NCBI GenBank assembly: GCA_032718475.1
Contig: JAUCBJ010005413.1
Span: forward strand, 1 to 44,720
Reading direction: 5' to 3'
Origin: Nemertoderma westbladi
Lineage: Eukaryota > Animalia > Xenacoelomorpha
Length of the DNA: 44,720 nt
The notes beneath the pieces are model-generated. The model made no database searches, was not told the DNA's origin, and saw only the letters and a program-made list of their open reading frames with translations. The position numbers and the translations under genes were made by a program. Of this stretch, positions 10,545 through 22,893 are shown piece after piece (within the stretch, counting starts at the first letter, position 1; each line of letters starts with the position of its first letter).

Positions 10545-12054
10545 TGAAACATGTCACTTCTTCCAGTATTATTACTAATTTACTATCCATGTTTTCCGAT
10601 TCCCATAGTTACATGCCTTGTTACATCTTTGCAGTAGTTAATTGAATAACTTACATATCAGTAGCATATTTAGTAGTAAGTAACACTACACTACACCAAA
10701 TAATATGAAAATTAATTTACTGCGTTGTATAATCAAATTAATTTAAGAACTCTATTGTAATTCTATTTATTCTAGTCCTCACATTACACTGCACATTACA
10801 TTACATTACATTACATGAAAATGATTTATATTTACATTTTTAACATAGACTAATCTAATATAATCAATATTATCTATAATTTATTTCATTTTATTTAATA
10901 TTTTATACGATTAAATAAACATTACATTGAAATGACTGATGCTGCTCTGAATTTCTGCATAATATTGTGTTTAATACCCGTTAAGCCTTCTGAACATTAA
11001 TATAACAATGTAATAAACTGCAACTTGAGAAAGTTGCAGCAGGATTATTATGGGCATCGGGAATACATCTGATGCCATTGAGATGTGTCATACCCTGGGT
11101 TAATGGGGGTAGTAGTTCCTGGTTGGCACAGTTGTGAATTTGCACAGTGGAAGGGTGATCCCGACAGTGCATCACTATGATTGGTCGGTTATAACGGAGC
11201 AATGGCAATTACATTAGCGTGAATGGAATACTAGCTGCGTCTTAGTAACCATATATTCTATCTGTGTGTTCCTGAGACAGTATGGTTGGCATCGATTAAC
11301 TGTGGGATTTTAGCTCAATTTGGAATGTATACAACCATATCACCATGGCGACCATAAATTTTACTGTTGGGCCAATGATATTAAGCTTAAAAATACTGAA
11401 ATAAATAAATAAATATATGTATAATGTAATATAATATATATTTTATTTATTTATATATAATATATATACTTTCGTATATATTATATTGCATAAATATAAG
11501 TAATTAGCACTATCCGATAAAGAAATGTACATATGTCCTCCGTTCTCTCTCTGGAAAAAAAAGTACAATCCTTCACTTCGAAACTTCACTCATAGAACTT
11601 GGTTAGAAAGGAAGGACATTTTATAGAAATGTAGCTTCAAAAAAAACTTAATAGCTGAACCACAAAATGCACTGTTAGTTTTGAATTTTATTCATGTCTG
11701 TATCCTTTCTTACAACAAATAGTAACTACCGTGCTTTATGGAAAATTACAATCACATGCATATCTATATGGGGTTCTTTTTCACCCGGCAGTAAGGTAAG
11801 AGCAATCGTAAATCTTGAAGTTTCTCCTAAAAAGTGGGGGATAGAAAGGTAAATTTAATATGGAACCTGTTGACCTGGAAATACTACCCGATACCTTGTA
11901 TGTCATAGCCTCGTTTAACATTGCCACTGGGCGGCACTTTTGCCGCCTCGTTTAATTAATATGCCGCCCAGTCAAGCTAGGAATGCCTTCAAAAATTGAA
12001 TCAAACTATACTGATAAATAAATTAAAAATAGTTCGTTTAATCTTTATGCACTA

Positions 12055-13630
12055 AACTTTGTTCCTCAACATTCTAAACGTTGTTAGTTTAACCGCTGTC
12101 CTATCCTAACATTTTTTCCTCAGATAGTTTAACCGCTGTCATATTACTCAGTTAGTTTAACCGCTGTCCCAACCTTTGTTCCTCAGTTAGTTTAACCGCT
12201 GTCCTAACCTTTGTTCCTCAGTTAGTTTATCCGGTGTTCTAACCTTTGTTCCACAGTTAGTTTAATCAGTTAGTATAACCGCTGTCCCAACCTTTGTTCA
12301 TCAGTTAGTTTAACCGCTGTCTTATCCTAACCTTTGTTCCTCAGTTAGTTTATCCGGTGTTCTAACCTTTGTTCCACAGTTAGTTTAATCAGTTAGTATA
12401 ACCGCTGTCCCAACCTTTGTTCATCAGTTAGTTTAACCGCTGTCTTATCCTAACCTTTGTTCCTCAGTTAGTTTAATCAGTTAGTTTAACCGGTAATCTA
12501 ACCTTTGCTCCTCAGTTAGTTAAACAGCTGTCATAACCTTTTTTCATTAGTTAGTTTAACCGCTGTCCTAACCTTTGATCCTCAGATAGTTTAACCGCTG
12601 TCCTAACTTTTGTTTATTAGTTAGTTTAACCGCTGTCTTATCTTAACCTTTGTTCCACAGTTAGTTTAATCAGTTAGTTTAACCGGTGTTCTAGTCCTAA
12701 CCTTTGTTCCATCAGTTAGTTTAACCGGTTTTATAACCTTTGTTCCTCAGTTAGTTTATCCGGTGTTCTAACCTTTGTTCCACAGTTAGTTTAATCAGTT
12801 AGTTTAACCGCTGTCCTAACCTTTTGTTCCTTAGTTTGTTTAACCGGTGTCCTAACCTTTGTTCCACATTTAGTTTAATCAGTTAGTATTATTATTATTA
12901 TTATTATCGTACATAATCATCGTAAACGCTGTCCTAACCTTTGTTCCTCAGGTAGTTTAACCGCTGTCCTAACCTTTGTTCATCAGTTAGTTTAACCGCT
13001 GTCTTATCCTAACCTTTGTTCCACAGTTAGTTTAATCAGTTAGTTTAACCGGTGTTCTAGTCCTAACCTTTGTTCATCAGTTAGTTTAACCGGTTTTATA
13101 ACCTTTGTTCCACAGTTAGTTTAACCGCTGTCCAATCCTTTGTTCATCAGTTAGTTTACCGGGTTTCTAACTGTTGTCCCACAGTTAGTTTAATCAGTTA
13201 GTATAACCGCTGTCCTAACCTTTGTTCCGCAGTTAGTTTAACCGCTGCCCTAACCTTTGTTCCGCAGTTAGTTTAACCGCTGCCCTAACCTTTGTTCCGC
13301 AGTTAGTTTAACCGCTGCCCTAACCTTTGTTCCGCAGTTAGTTTAACCGCTGCCCTAACCTTTGTTCCGCAGTTAGTTTAACCGCTGCCCTAACCTTTGT
13401 TCCGCAGTTAGTTTAACCGCTGTCCTAACCTTTGTTCATCAGTTAGTTTAACCGGTTTTATAACCTTTGTTCCACAGTTAGTTTAACCGCTGTCCAATCC
13501 TTTGTTCATCAGTTAGTTTAACCGGGTTTCTAACTGTTGTCCCACAGTTAGTTTAATCAGTTAGTTTAACCGCTGCCCTAACCTTTGTTCCGCAGTTAGT
13601 TTAACCGCTGCCCTAACCTCTGTTCCTCAG
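12055..13630. repeat. Irregular ~35-bp minisatellite (CAGTTAGTTTAACCGCTGTCCTAACCTTTGTTCCT)
   Basis: Directly visible tandem repetition with variant units and multi-unit duplications. A homogeneous run lies at ~13230-13420. Confidence 0.95.
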
Positions 13631-14809
13631 TTGTTCCTTCTCTCAGTAGTTTGACCTTCATTACATAACCTACTTTGTATTAAGAATATGTGCCGCCCAG
13701 TGAAAAATGCTTAAAAGAGGCTATGTTGTATGTCCGCAATTTACCTCCTCATGGCCTCCCAACTGTCAATACCAGTCACCTGCAGTGCTTAAACCTAATT
13801 AATGTACTTCGCCGTCTCACTAAAAACTATAATAATATGAGTAAAGCACTCGTTAACATAAAATACACAATAATTATTGATTTTCAATGACATACATAAC
13901 ATTCATATACAGTATATTAATGACGTCAGTGCCGATCCATACCTTATGACAGACGAAATCTTGTATTTAAATCCCATATCGTCTCAAATTAAATTATGAA
14001 TTAAGGGAAAGAAGACGGTTTCAGTTGCATGTTGTTCGTACTAACCAAAACAATAAACTGAAATCAAGAGAACAGTTACTGTTTTCTTTTTGGGAGTAAT
14101 CAGCTGTTATTTGTATCGATTTTCCCCTGGAGAGGAATGAATTTTGATTCCGTCGAAAGACCCCCACCGTTTAAATTAACTTTTTTAAAATGTGACCGTA
14201 CATAAGTATGCACCTGTACTAAGACGTCTTACTACGTACCTATATTTCAATATAAATCCTAATTGTTTGAAAGATTATATAATAATATAATATCAACCAT
14301 TAAATAAGGATTACGTATTTTTTTCATTCACTTCCTGTTGTTATAAACCAATAATTGTTGAGCTTTCTACAGAACTCATTTCCATCATTAATTCTAACAG
14401 ATAAAAGCACTTTATTACATCCTGTCATGTTTTCTGTTTAAAGTAACCGGCGTCGAAACGGAAAGTAATGTTCAGTTAATTAACATTATTGGTTGGGAAT
14501 TACGGCCGTTTAAGTTTGCGCTGCGGTTCTACAAAATCCGCAGTGCAAATAATTCCCATATTCTACGCAGTGTTTCATGTCAAAGGAAATTTGAAGAATA
14601 AATTAATTTTTTAGTTAATTAATTTTTTATTTATTTTATAATATTCCTGATAGATACATTTTTTTAAATTATACATTATGAATTATCTATTTACCTAAAG
14701 TACCGCTTTGCAGTCTGATGTGCCGAGTAAATTATCACACGAATGAAGGTAATGGATTATAATACTGCGAAATACGTCGCAACTTTCTATGTTGGTTTAT
14801 TCTAAACTG

Positions 14810-15345
14810 ACTACAACTACAACTACTACTATAATGGGCCTGCTGCATTGAAACATCACATTGAGATGCTAAGAGACGCGGATAATCTCGCAAAAGTGTT
14901 GCATTCGCGCGATTATCCGCGTCTTCACGGCCAGTGTCCTTTAAGAGGCGTGCCATGCTTATTTTCTCCATGAGGCCGCCAAAGCACAAGATTATGCACT
15001 GGCTGGTCCTCACGGCGAACACAATGTCCAGCAAAGCGGAGCCGGCTTTGTTCAAGTGTTAAGCTTGGGGAAACCAATGAGACACCTCCAATGTTATATA
15101 GTGTCTGGTTGGAGATATGTGCATTGTACTTGACACAGTGAAAACGGCGTAGCATTCTTGTGAATGATTTGGTGTCCTCAGCAGTTAAAACTCAGCATGG
15201 ACTCCCATAGAGGAGTACTGGAACTACTGGTGCCCTAAATAATCGGACCTTAAGTTTCCGATTAATTCTGTGTGACTTCCAAATCATGGAAAGCCCATTC
15301 AATGCCCACATGCCCTTCCTCCATACTGATAGTCGTCCATACTGA
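14810..15345 (-). mobile_element. 5'-truncated, degenerate RTE-like LINE (copy 2)
   Basis: Reverse complement of the same C-terminal region as copy 1 (ORFs 14925-15155 and 15192-15401). A (TAG)-type tail lies at ~14810-14830. Confidence 0.9.
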
Positions 15346-15351
15346 TATGTA

Positions 15352-16020
15352 TGAACAGTACGGAACGAATCATTCAGAACGAACAGTATGGAAGGAATCA
15401 TTCAGAACGAACAGTACGGAACGAATCATTCAGAACGAACAGTACGGAACGAATCATTCAGAACGAACAGTACGGAACGAATCATTCAGAACGAACAGTA
15501 CGGAACGAACAGTACGGGACGAACAGTACGGAACGAACAGTACGGAACGAACAGTACGGAACGAACAGTACGGAACGAACAGTACGGAACGAACAGTACG
15601 GAACGAACAGTACGGAACGAACAGTACGGAACGAACATTACGGAACGAACAGTATTCAACGAACAGTATGGAACGAATCATTCAGAACGAACAGTACGGG
15701 ACGAACAGTACGGAACGAACAGTACGGAACGAACAGTACGGAACGAACAGTACGGAACGAACAGTACGGAACGAACAGTACGGAACGAACATTACGGAAC
15801 GAACAGTATTCAACGAACAGTATGGAGTGAACAGTACTGAACGAACAGTGTACGGAACGAACAGTACTAAACGAACAGTACGGAACGAACAGTATGGAAT
15901 GAATAGTACAAAACGAACAGTATTCAACAAACAGTATGGAATGAACAGTATGGAGCGAACAGTACGGAACGAACAGTATGGAACGAATAGTACGGAAGAA
16001 ACAATACGGTACGAACATTA
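15352..16020. repeat. 14-bp minisatellite (GAACAGTACGGAAC, variant GAATCATTCAGAAC)
   Basis: Direct tandem repetition, with a 14-aa periodicity in the translations. Confidence 0.95.
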
Positions 16021-16769
16021 TGGAGCGATTATAGATGAAAAGATTCTAAACTTTTATTGTTATATAAAAAGGGTAAAATGTTTAATGGAATTTGTTTTCC
16101 AAAAAAAAAAAATTTTTAAATGGAGGAAAATGTACTTCGGACTTCCTAAGGCCATAATTCAGATTTGTTATAACTTTCGATTGACACAGCTTAGCAAATT
16201 CGGCAATAATGTCCGGGTTGGATCGAACAAGTGACCTCTAAGTTGGATGTCAGACTCTCTAAACATTATGTTAGTGGCTCAGGTAAAAGGTGGACTTGGA
16301 AATACTACCTGATACCTTGTAAGACTGCAACTTACGTCCTCATGGGCAGCGGGCAGGGAATTGACTTTGATTGGGCAGTCCCTCAATACATTGGAATCTT
16401 GGGTTCTTAGCTTATTTAGTTTATATCGAATTTACTTAGGGGATAGAAGGTTGTATAATAAACAATAATATTGTGGAAAATAAATATTTTGCTTTTCAAA
16501 AAAGTCTTCCCAAGAGTTCATTCACTATATATTTCTTGAGTGATGTTTTGTAATTGTTTTATTTTATATGTTACCATATAAAATACGGGTCAGGTCAGGT
16601 AATCTAGGTCATTGATTAAGAAAACTTGCCACCTCCATGCAGCATAAATCAGGTGCCACCTGTGGCTGCATAGACCCTCTTATTAATGGCAAATCTGGTC
16701 ATTTAACTAGGACCCCTTCGTTGTGGGATACGGACGCCCTTGGTCCTGGATTAAGGACCCATATATAGA

Positions 16770-18941
16770 GGTAAAAGAAGTAAAAGTGAGTCTGTACTCC
16801 CAGATATTCCCATTAGCGATATCACCTTTGCAGAAGTGAAGGCTGCAGCAAAGAGCATTAAGACCAATCGTGCCAGTGGAGTAGATGGTGTTCCCCCTGA
16901 GGTCTTTAAAATACCTGAGTGTTTAAAGCTCATCTATCCCATCATAGTAGACATGTACAGAACAACAAGAGTCCTACAAGAAATGAAAACAAATAAGTTG
17001 GTGCCAGTTCCCAAGAAGGGCAACCTAACACTCTATGGTTCTTTTCGGGGAATCTCATTGATCTTGATTGCTGCAAAGCTATACAATAGAATTTTATTAA
17101 ATCGCTCCAGGGATCCCATTGAGAGACTACTCCGTGGAAATCAGAATGGGTTCCGTAAAGGTCGTGGTACCATGGAGCCCATTTTGGCACTTAGAAGGAC
17201 AATTGAAGAATTATCAAAAAAGAAAGACAGGCATCTGGCAGTTATCTTTGTTGACTTCTTCAAGGCCTTTGATTCAGTCCCTCGCTCACGCATGTTCAGC
17301 ATAATTTCATTATATGGGATTCCTGATGAAATTATTGCAGCAATCAGATTAGTATACGATGGTACAACAACATTTGTGTCTACTGTTGCTGGTGACAGAG
17401 AACCATTTGAAGTATGAGTCCTCCAAGGAGACACACTTGCGCCATTCTTGTTAATAATTGTGATTGACTATGTTCTACGCATGTCCTTAGATCATCATAA
17501 TGATGATGGGGTGATGGTAACTCCACCTACTGGCTCCAGAAGTCGAGGAAATCCTGCCAAGTACCTAACTGATCTAGACTTTGCTGATGACTTATGAGTA
17601 CTCTCAGAATCACTAGAGGGAGCCCAACGGCTCCTCAGCTCATTAGAACATGCTGCTTCTAGTGTTGGTCTTTTTATTAACTCCAGAAAGGCCAAAATTT
17701 TGACAGTTAACTTTGAAAGCCCTCAGCAAGTCTCTGACCGGATGAGCATAAACTCAAAGGTTCATAGTTCAAAGTTCATAGTTCAAAGGATCGGGTTAAT
17801 TAACAATAACCCGATTGTAACATGGTCTATCTACAGTATTTCTCCTCGCGGTTCTTGAACCGGTCGTAACATGGGTGAATTATCCAAATCTAAACCAATT
17901 CAAATAAGCCACTTTTAGAATAGCAATACAGAACCACTAACTTTTCTAATAACGCTCTACCCCCCCCCCCCCCCCCCCCCCAGATCCAGTCGATATCGAT
18001 TCACATGAATAGTGATACACTAGCCATGCTATAACACTACTCTTGTGATCATTTATTACTTTTATTGATAATGTACATGCATGCACGTAATATTTTGTAC
18101 TGTGTTATATCTTATTCTCTTCTATACTAATTATTAAGTGTATATGTATGTGCAAATATAACACTAATTAACACTGGATAATAGTCAATTAAAGTTAAAG
18201 TTAAAGGATGGTATGCTTGAGCATGTGAACGACTTCTGATACCTGGGATCATGGATCCGGAAGTCATGTGAGGACCTTCGAATACGTAAGGGAAAGGCAT
18301 GGGCAGCCTTGAATAGGCTTTCCAGGATTTGGAAGTCACAGATAATTACTTGGAAACTTAAGGTCCGATTATTTAGAGCAGCAGTAGTTCCAGTACTCCT
18401 CTATGGGAGTCCATGCTGGGCTCTTGCAGGACACCAAATCATTCATAAGAATGCTACGCCGTTTTCACTGTGTCAAGTACAATGCACCCATCTCCAACCA
18501 GACACTATATAACATTGGAGGTGTCTCATTGGTTCCCCAAGCTTGACACTAGAACGAAGCCGCCTCCGCTTTGCAGGACATTTCTTTCGCCGTGAGGACC
18601 AGCCAGTGCATAATATTGTACTTTGGCAGCCTCATGGAGTGAATAATCATGGTGGACAGCCCATGACTTTCTTCAGACGCATCTTAAAGGACACTGGCCT
18701 TGAAGATGCGGATGATCTAGCAAATGTCATGGGTGATAGGGAGTTGTGGCGGTGCAACTTTGTTGACAAGCCGGCATAGCCTTCTTAATGCACGCTACAT
18801 TGGGCTTGCACATTGTGGATTGCATGTTGGTGACAAAATATTTGTTGTTAAGCCGGCTTAGCATCTCAATGTGCAGTTTCAATGCAACAGGCCGATTATA
18901 GTAGTAGTATTTGTGCGACAGGCCGATTATAGTAGTAGTAT
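16770..18941 (+). mobile_element. RTE-like LINE (copy 3): pseudogenised reverse transcriptase plus C-terminus, interrupted by an insertion
   Basis: RT motifs ASGVDGVPPE, VPVPKKG, FRGISL, QNGFRKGR, FVDFFKAFDSV, *VLQGDTLAPFL and TDLDFADDL*. The element resumes at ~18207 with DF*YLGSW and the C-terminal region. It has in-frame stops and (TAG)n tails. Confidence 0.93.
17742..18206. mobile_element. ~465-bp unclassified insertion within LINE copy 3
   Basis: The LINE reading frame breaks after ...QQVSDR and resumes with DGMLEHVNDF*YLGSW. The insert ends in (TTAAAG)3 and contains a poly-C tract. Confidence 0.65.
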
Positions 18942-19490
18942 ATGATAATTCTATAATATATACTATACTAGATTACCATACCATTACCATAAATATAAGG
19001 TTATTATGCACATTGTAAATGAGGCCCTAACTAAAGATATTATTAATACCGATAAATATATTAAATGACCAACGCATGCGTCCCATGGAAAATAATGGTA
19101 ATCATTACGCAGTATTAAGATGATACTAGTTGAGTAATGTACTTACTTACTTACGCAGAATTCAAGACCTATTCTATCAACATAATATTGAACTGAACAC
19201 GTGTTGTCCATCTACTACTACCATAGCAATAATGGTCGACATTATCTTCTGACTCGATATAATACGTATCTAGCTTTCCAGTGGATCCATTAGCTATTTA
19301 ATTATTCATTATTGCACATATTGCTCAATTTAATGCCCATTTGTTCCAGTAGCATAGGGAATTTTTGCATTCTTAAAATATTATTTATATGTTTAACCGT
19401 GAACTTCTTAATAATGTGGAATCATTAGAAAATAATGCCGGATTTACAATTGTTCCTTTTTATGGCGTTACATATACCAGTTTAAATTAT

Positions 19491-21295
19491 GGTTAGGTTC
19501 CATCCAGCGCGTTGTATACTTGGACAAGTGTGTCTGGTTAGGTTCCATCCATCACGTTGTATACATGGACGAGTGTGTCTGGTTAGGTTCCATCCAGCGC
19601 GTTGTATACTTGGACGAGTGTGTCTGGTTAGGTTCCATCCAGCGCGTTGTATACTTGGACGTGTGTGTCTGGTTAGGTTCCATCCAGCGCGTTGTATACT
19701 TGGACGAGTGTGTTTGGTTAGGTTCCATCCAGCGCGTTGTATACTTGGACGAGTGTGTCTGGTTAGGTTCCATCCAGCGCGTTGTATACTTGGACGAATG
19801 TGTCTGGTTAGGTTCCATCCAGCGCGTTGTATACTTGGACGAGTGTGTCTGGTTTGGTTCCATCCAGCGCGTTGTATACTTGGACGAGTGTGTCTGGTTA
19901 GGTTCCATCCAGCGCGTTTTATACTTGGAGGAGTGTGTCTGGTTAGGTTCCATCCAGCGCGTTGTATACTTGGACAAGTGTGTCTGGTTTGGTTCCATCC
20001 AGCGCGTTGTATACTTGGACGAGTGTGTCTGGTTAGGTTCCATCCAGCGCGTTTTATACTTGGAGGAGTGTGTCTGGTTAGGTTCCATCCAGCGCGTTGT
20101 ATACTTGGACGAGTGCGTCTGGTTAGGTTCAATCCAGCGCGTTGTATACTTGGACGAATGTGTCTGGTTAGGTTCCATCCAGCGCGTTGTATACTTGGAC
20201 GAGTGTGTCTGGTTTGGTTCCATCCAGCGCGTTGTATACTTGGACGAGTGTGTCTGGTTAGGTTCCATCCAGCGCGTTGTATACTTGGACGAGTGCGTCT
20301 GGTTAGGTTCAATCCAGCGCGTTGTATACTTGGACGAATGTGTCTGGTTAGGTTCCATCCAGTGTGTTGTATACTTGGACGAGTGTGTCTGGTTAGGTTC
20401 CATCCAGCGCGTTGTATAATTGGACGAGTGTGTCTGGTTAGGTTCCATCCAGCGCGTTTTATACTTGGAGGAGTGTGTCTGGTTAGGTTCCATCCAGCGC
20501 GTTGTATACTTGGACGAGTGCGTCTGGTTAGGTTCAATCCAGCGCGTTGTATACTTGGACGAATGTGTCTGGTTAGGTTCCATCCAGCGCGTTGTATACT
20601 TGGACGAGTGTGTCTGGTTAGGTTCCATCCAGCGCGTTGTATAATTGGACGAGTGTGTCTGGTTTGGTTCCATCCAGCGCGTTGTATACTTGGACGAGTG
20701 TGTCTGGTTAGGTTCCATCCAGCGCGATGTATACTTGGACGAATGTGTCTGGTTTGGTTCCATCCAGCGCGTTGTATACTTGGACGAGTGTGTCTGGTTA
20801 GGTTCCATCCAGCGCGTTGTATACTTGGACGAGTGTGTCTGGTTAGGTTCCATCCAGCGCGTTGTATACTTGGACGAGTGTGTCTGGTTAGGTTCCATCC
20901 AGCGCGTTGTATACTTGGACGAGTGTGTCTGGTTAGGTTCCATCCAGCGCGTTGTATACTTGGACAAGTGTGTCTGGTTTGGTTCCATCCAGCGCGTTGT
21001 ATACTTGGACGAGTGTGTCTGGTTAGGTTCCATCCAGCGCGTTGTATAATTGGACGAGTGTGTCTGGTTTGGTTCCATCCAGCGCGTTGTATACTTGGAC
21101 GAGTGTGTCTGGTTAGATTCCATCCAGCGCGTTGTATACTTGGACGAGTGTGTCTGGTTAGGTTCAATCCAGCGCGTTGTATACTTGGACGAATGTGTCT
21201 GGTTAGGTTCCATCCAGCGCGTTGTATACTTGGACGAGTGTGTCTGGTTAGGTTCCATCCAGCGCGTTGTATACTTGGACGAGTGTGTCTGGTTA
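19491..21295. repeat. 45-bp satellite, 40 highly homogeneous units (GGTTAGGTTCCATCCAGCGCGTTGTATACTTGGACGAGTGTGTCT)
   Basis: Head-to-tail units with 0-2 substitutions each and no spacers. Confidence 0.98.
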
Positions 21296-21340
21296 TATTT
21301 TAATTCGAATTTTACTTATAACGTATGAAGTAAAAGGGAT

Positions 21341-21447
21341 ATGTGGGGCGAGCCACGAAGTTGGCGGAGCCTTAGCGAATTGACACTGTTAGGGGGTGGG
21401 TCAATTTATGCAAATAGTTGTCGTCGTCGTCGTCGTCGTCGTTGTCG

Positions 21448-21479
<32 letters not shown>

Positions 21480-22675
21480 GTCGTCGTTGTCGTCGTCGTC
21501 GTCGTCGTCGTTACGATTTTGACATGCTAATAACTTTGTCGGATTTAAAGCTGCCAAGTTGAAAATTTGTAGGTATAAATATGAGCAAAAGTTGAGATTT
21601 TTGAGAGACTTTCAGACACCATCAGTGCAATGGTCTCCCGCTAGAGGGCCACATGTCTAAACATTAAATGCCCTCCCATTTCTTTGCTTTTAACCCGTTT
21701 AAGCTGAAACTTGGCAGATATGTATTAGACCATTAGCTGTGACTTTCAAAGGAGGCGAATCCATCTGCAGTTCTCCAGTCTGCCGCTAGAGGGCCAAAGG
21801 TCTGAAAGTGAAATCGTTGTCGTCGTTACGATTTTGACATGCTAATAACTTTGTCGGATTTAAAGCTGCCAAGTTGAAAATCTGTAGGTATCAATATGAG
21901 CAAAAGTTGAGATTTTTGAGAGACTTTCAGACACCATCAGTGCAATGGTCTCCCGCTAGAGGGCCACATGTCTAAACATTAAATGCCCTCCCATTTCTTT
22001 GCTTTTAATCCGTTTAAGCTGAAACTTGGCAGATATGTATTAGACCATTAGCTGTGACTTTCAAAGGAGGCGAATCCATCTGCAGTTCTCCAGTCTGCCG
22101 CTAGAGGGCCAAATGTCTGAAAGTGAAATCGTTGTCGTCGTTATGATATTGACATGCTTATAACTTTGTCGAATTTAAAGCTGCCAAGTTGAAAATTTGT
22201 TTTGTTGAAAATCAGTTCAACAGTCACCCGCTATAGGACTACTTTATGCCTGAAAGTGAATAGATTCTCCCGTCTCATTGATTTTAATCAGTTTAAGCTG
22301 AATCTTGCCATATATTCTGGACCACATGCTGCGTCTTTGTGGGGGGGGGGGGGGGAGATTTAATCGGTCTGCAGCTATACGACGAAATTTCTGAAAGTGA
22401 GATCCGTCTCTCATTTCGTTATCCGTTATTCAAGATGAAACTTGGCCGATGTACGTATGTACTATTCATCCATAGGATGTGTCTTTGTGGGGCTGGAGAC
22501 CCTAATCCATCTTCAGTTCTCACTATACCGCTAGAGTCAGAAATGTCTGAATAGAAATGAGAGAGGTAAAAAGTGATTAGGCGAAATCTGCTTAAAATTT
22601 GCTAATACAGTAATACTTTCGAATTAGTACTTAAATTAAATTTAAGTCACGTGCTGCGCGAAGGCCCCACTTCGT
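21341..22675 (+). mobile_element. Probable non-autonomous Helentron/DINE-1-like (HINE) element with microsatellite and internal tandem repeats
   Basis: Short inverted motifs GTGGGGC (21343) and GCCCCAC (22664), and a 3' hairpin CGAAG-N6-CTTCG. A (CGT)n microsatellite near the 5' end is followed by 315-bp tandem units (register 21511, 21826, 22141), each built of two related halves. The family assignment is inferred from architecture only. Confidence 0.6.
21418..21511. repeat. (CGT)n/(GTC)n microsatellite
   Basis: About 30 trinucleotide units with occasional TGT interruptions. Confidence 0.97.
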
Positions 22676-22893
22676 GTAATATATGTTTCCAGATTCAGAA
22701 AAATCATAAAATTGCGGTTTGGAAAAAGTAAGAATATGTAATTTAAATATTTAAACCAAACTCATCTATTTTAATTTCAACCTCTAATTCCTTGAAATAT
22801 TAATTATTAATTTACAATGCAATGGTATGGTATGGTAGTTTCATAAATAAACAATGTGATTGAAGAGCTCCCCTCCTCAAATTACTACTAAAG

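Noticed and set aside
15272-16234. 320-aa and overlapping repetitive ORFs
   Set aside because: Translations of the 14-bp minisatellite, open in many frames.
19482-21328. Long ORFs (561-604 aa) in several frames, and a CRISPR-like appearance
   Set aside because: Products of a stop-free 45-bp satellite. There are no unique spacers or cas genes, and the context is eukaryotic.
21341-21562. Poly-Arg (protamine-like) and poly-Asp ORFs
   Set aside because: Translations of the (CGT)n microsatellite.
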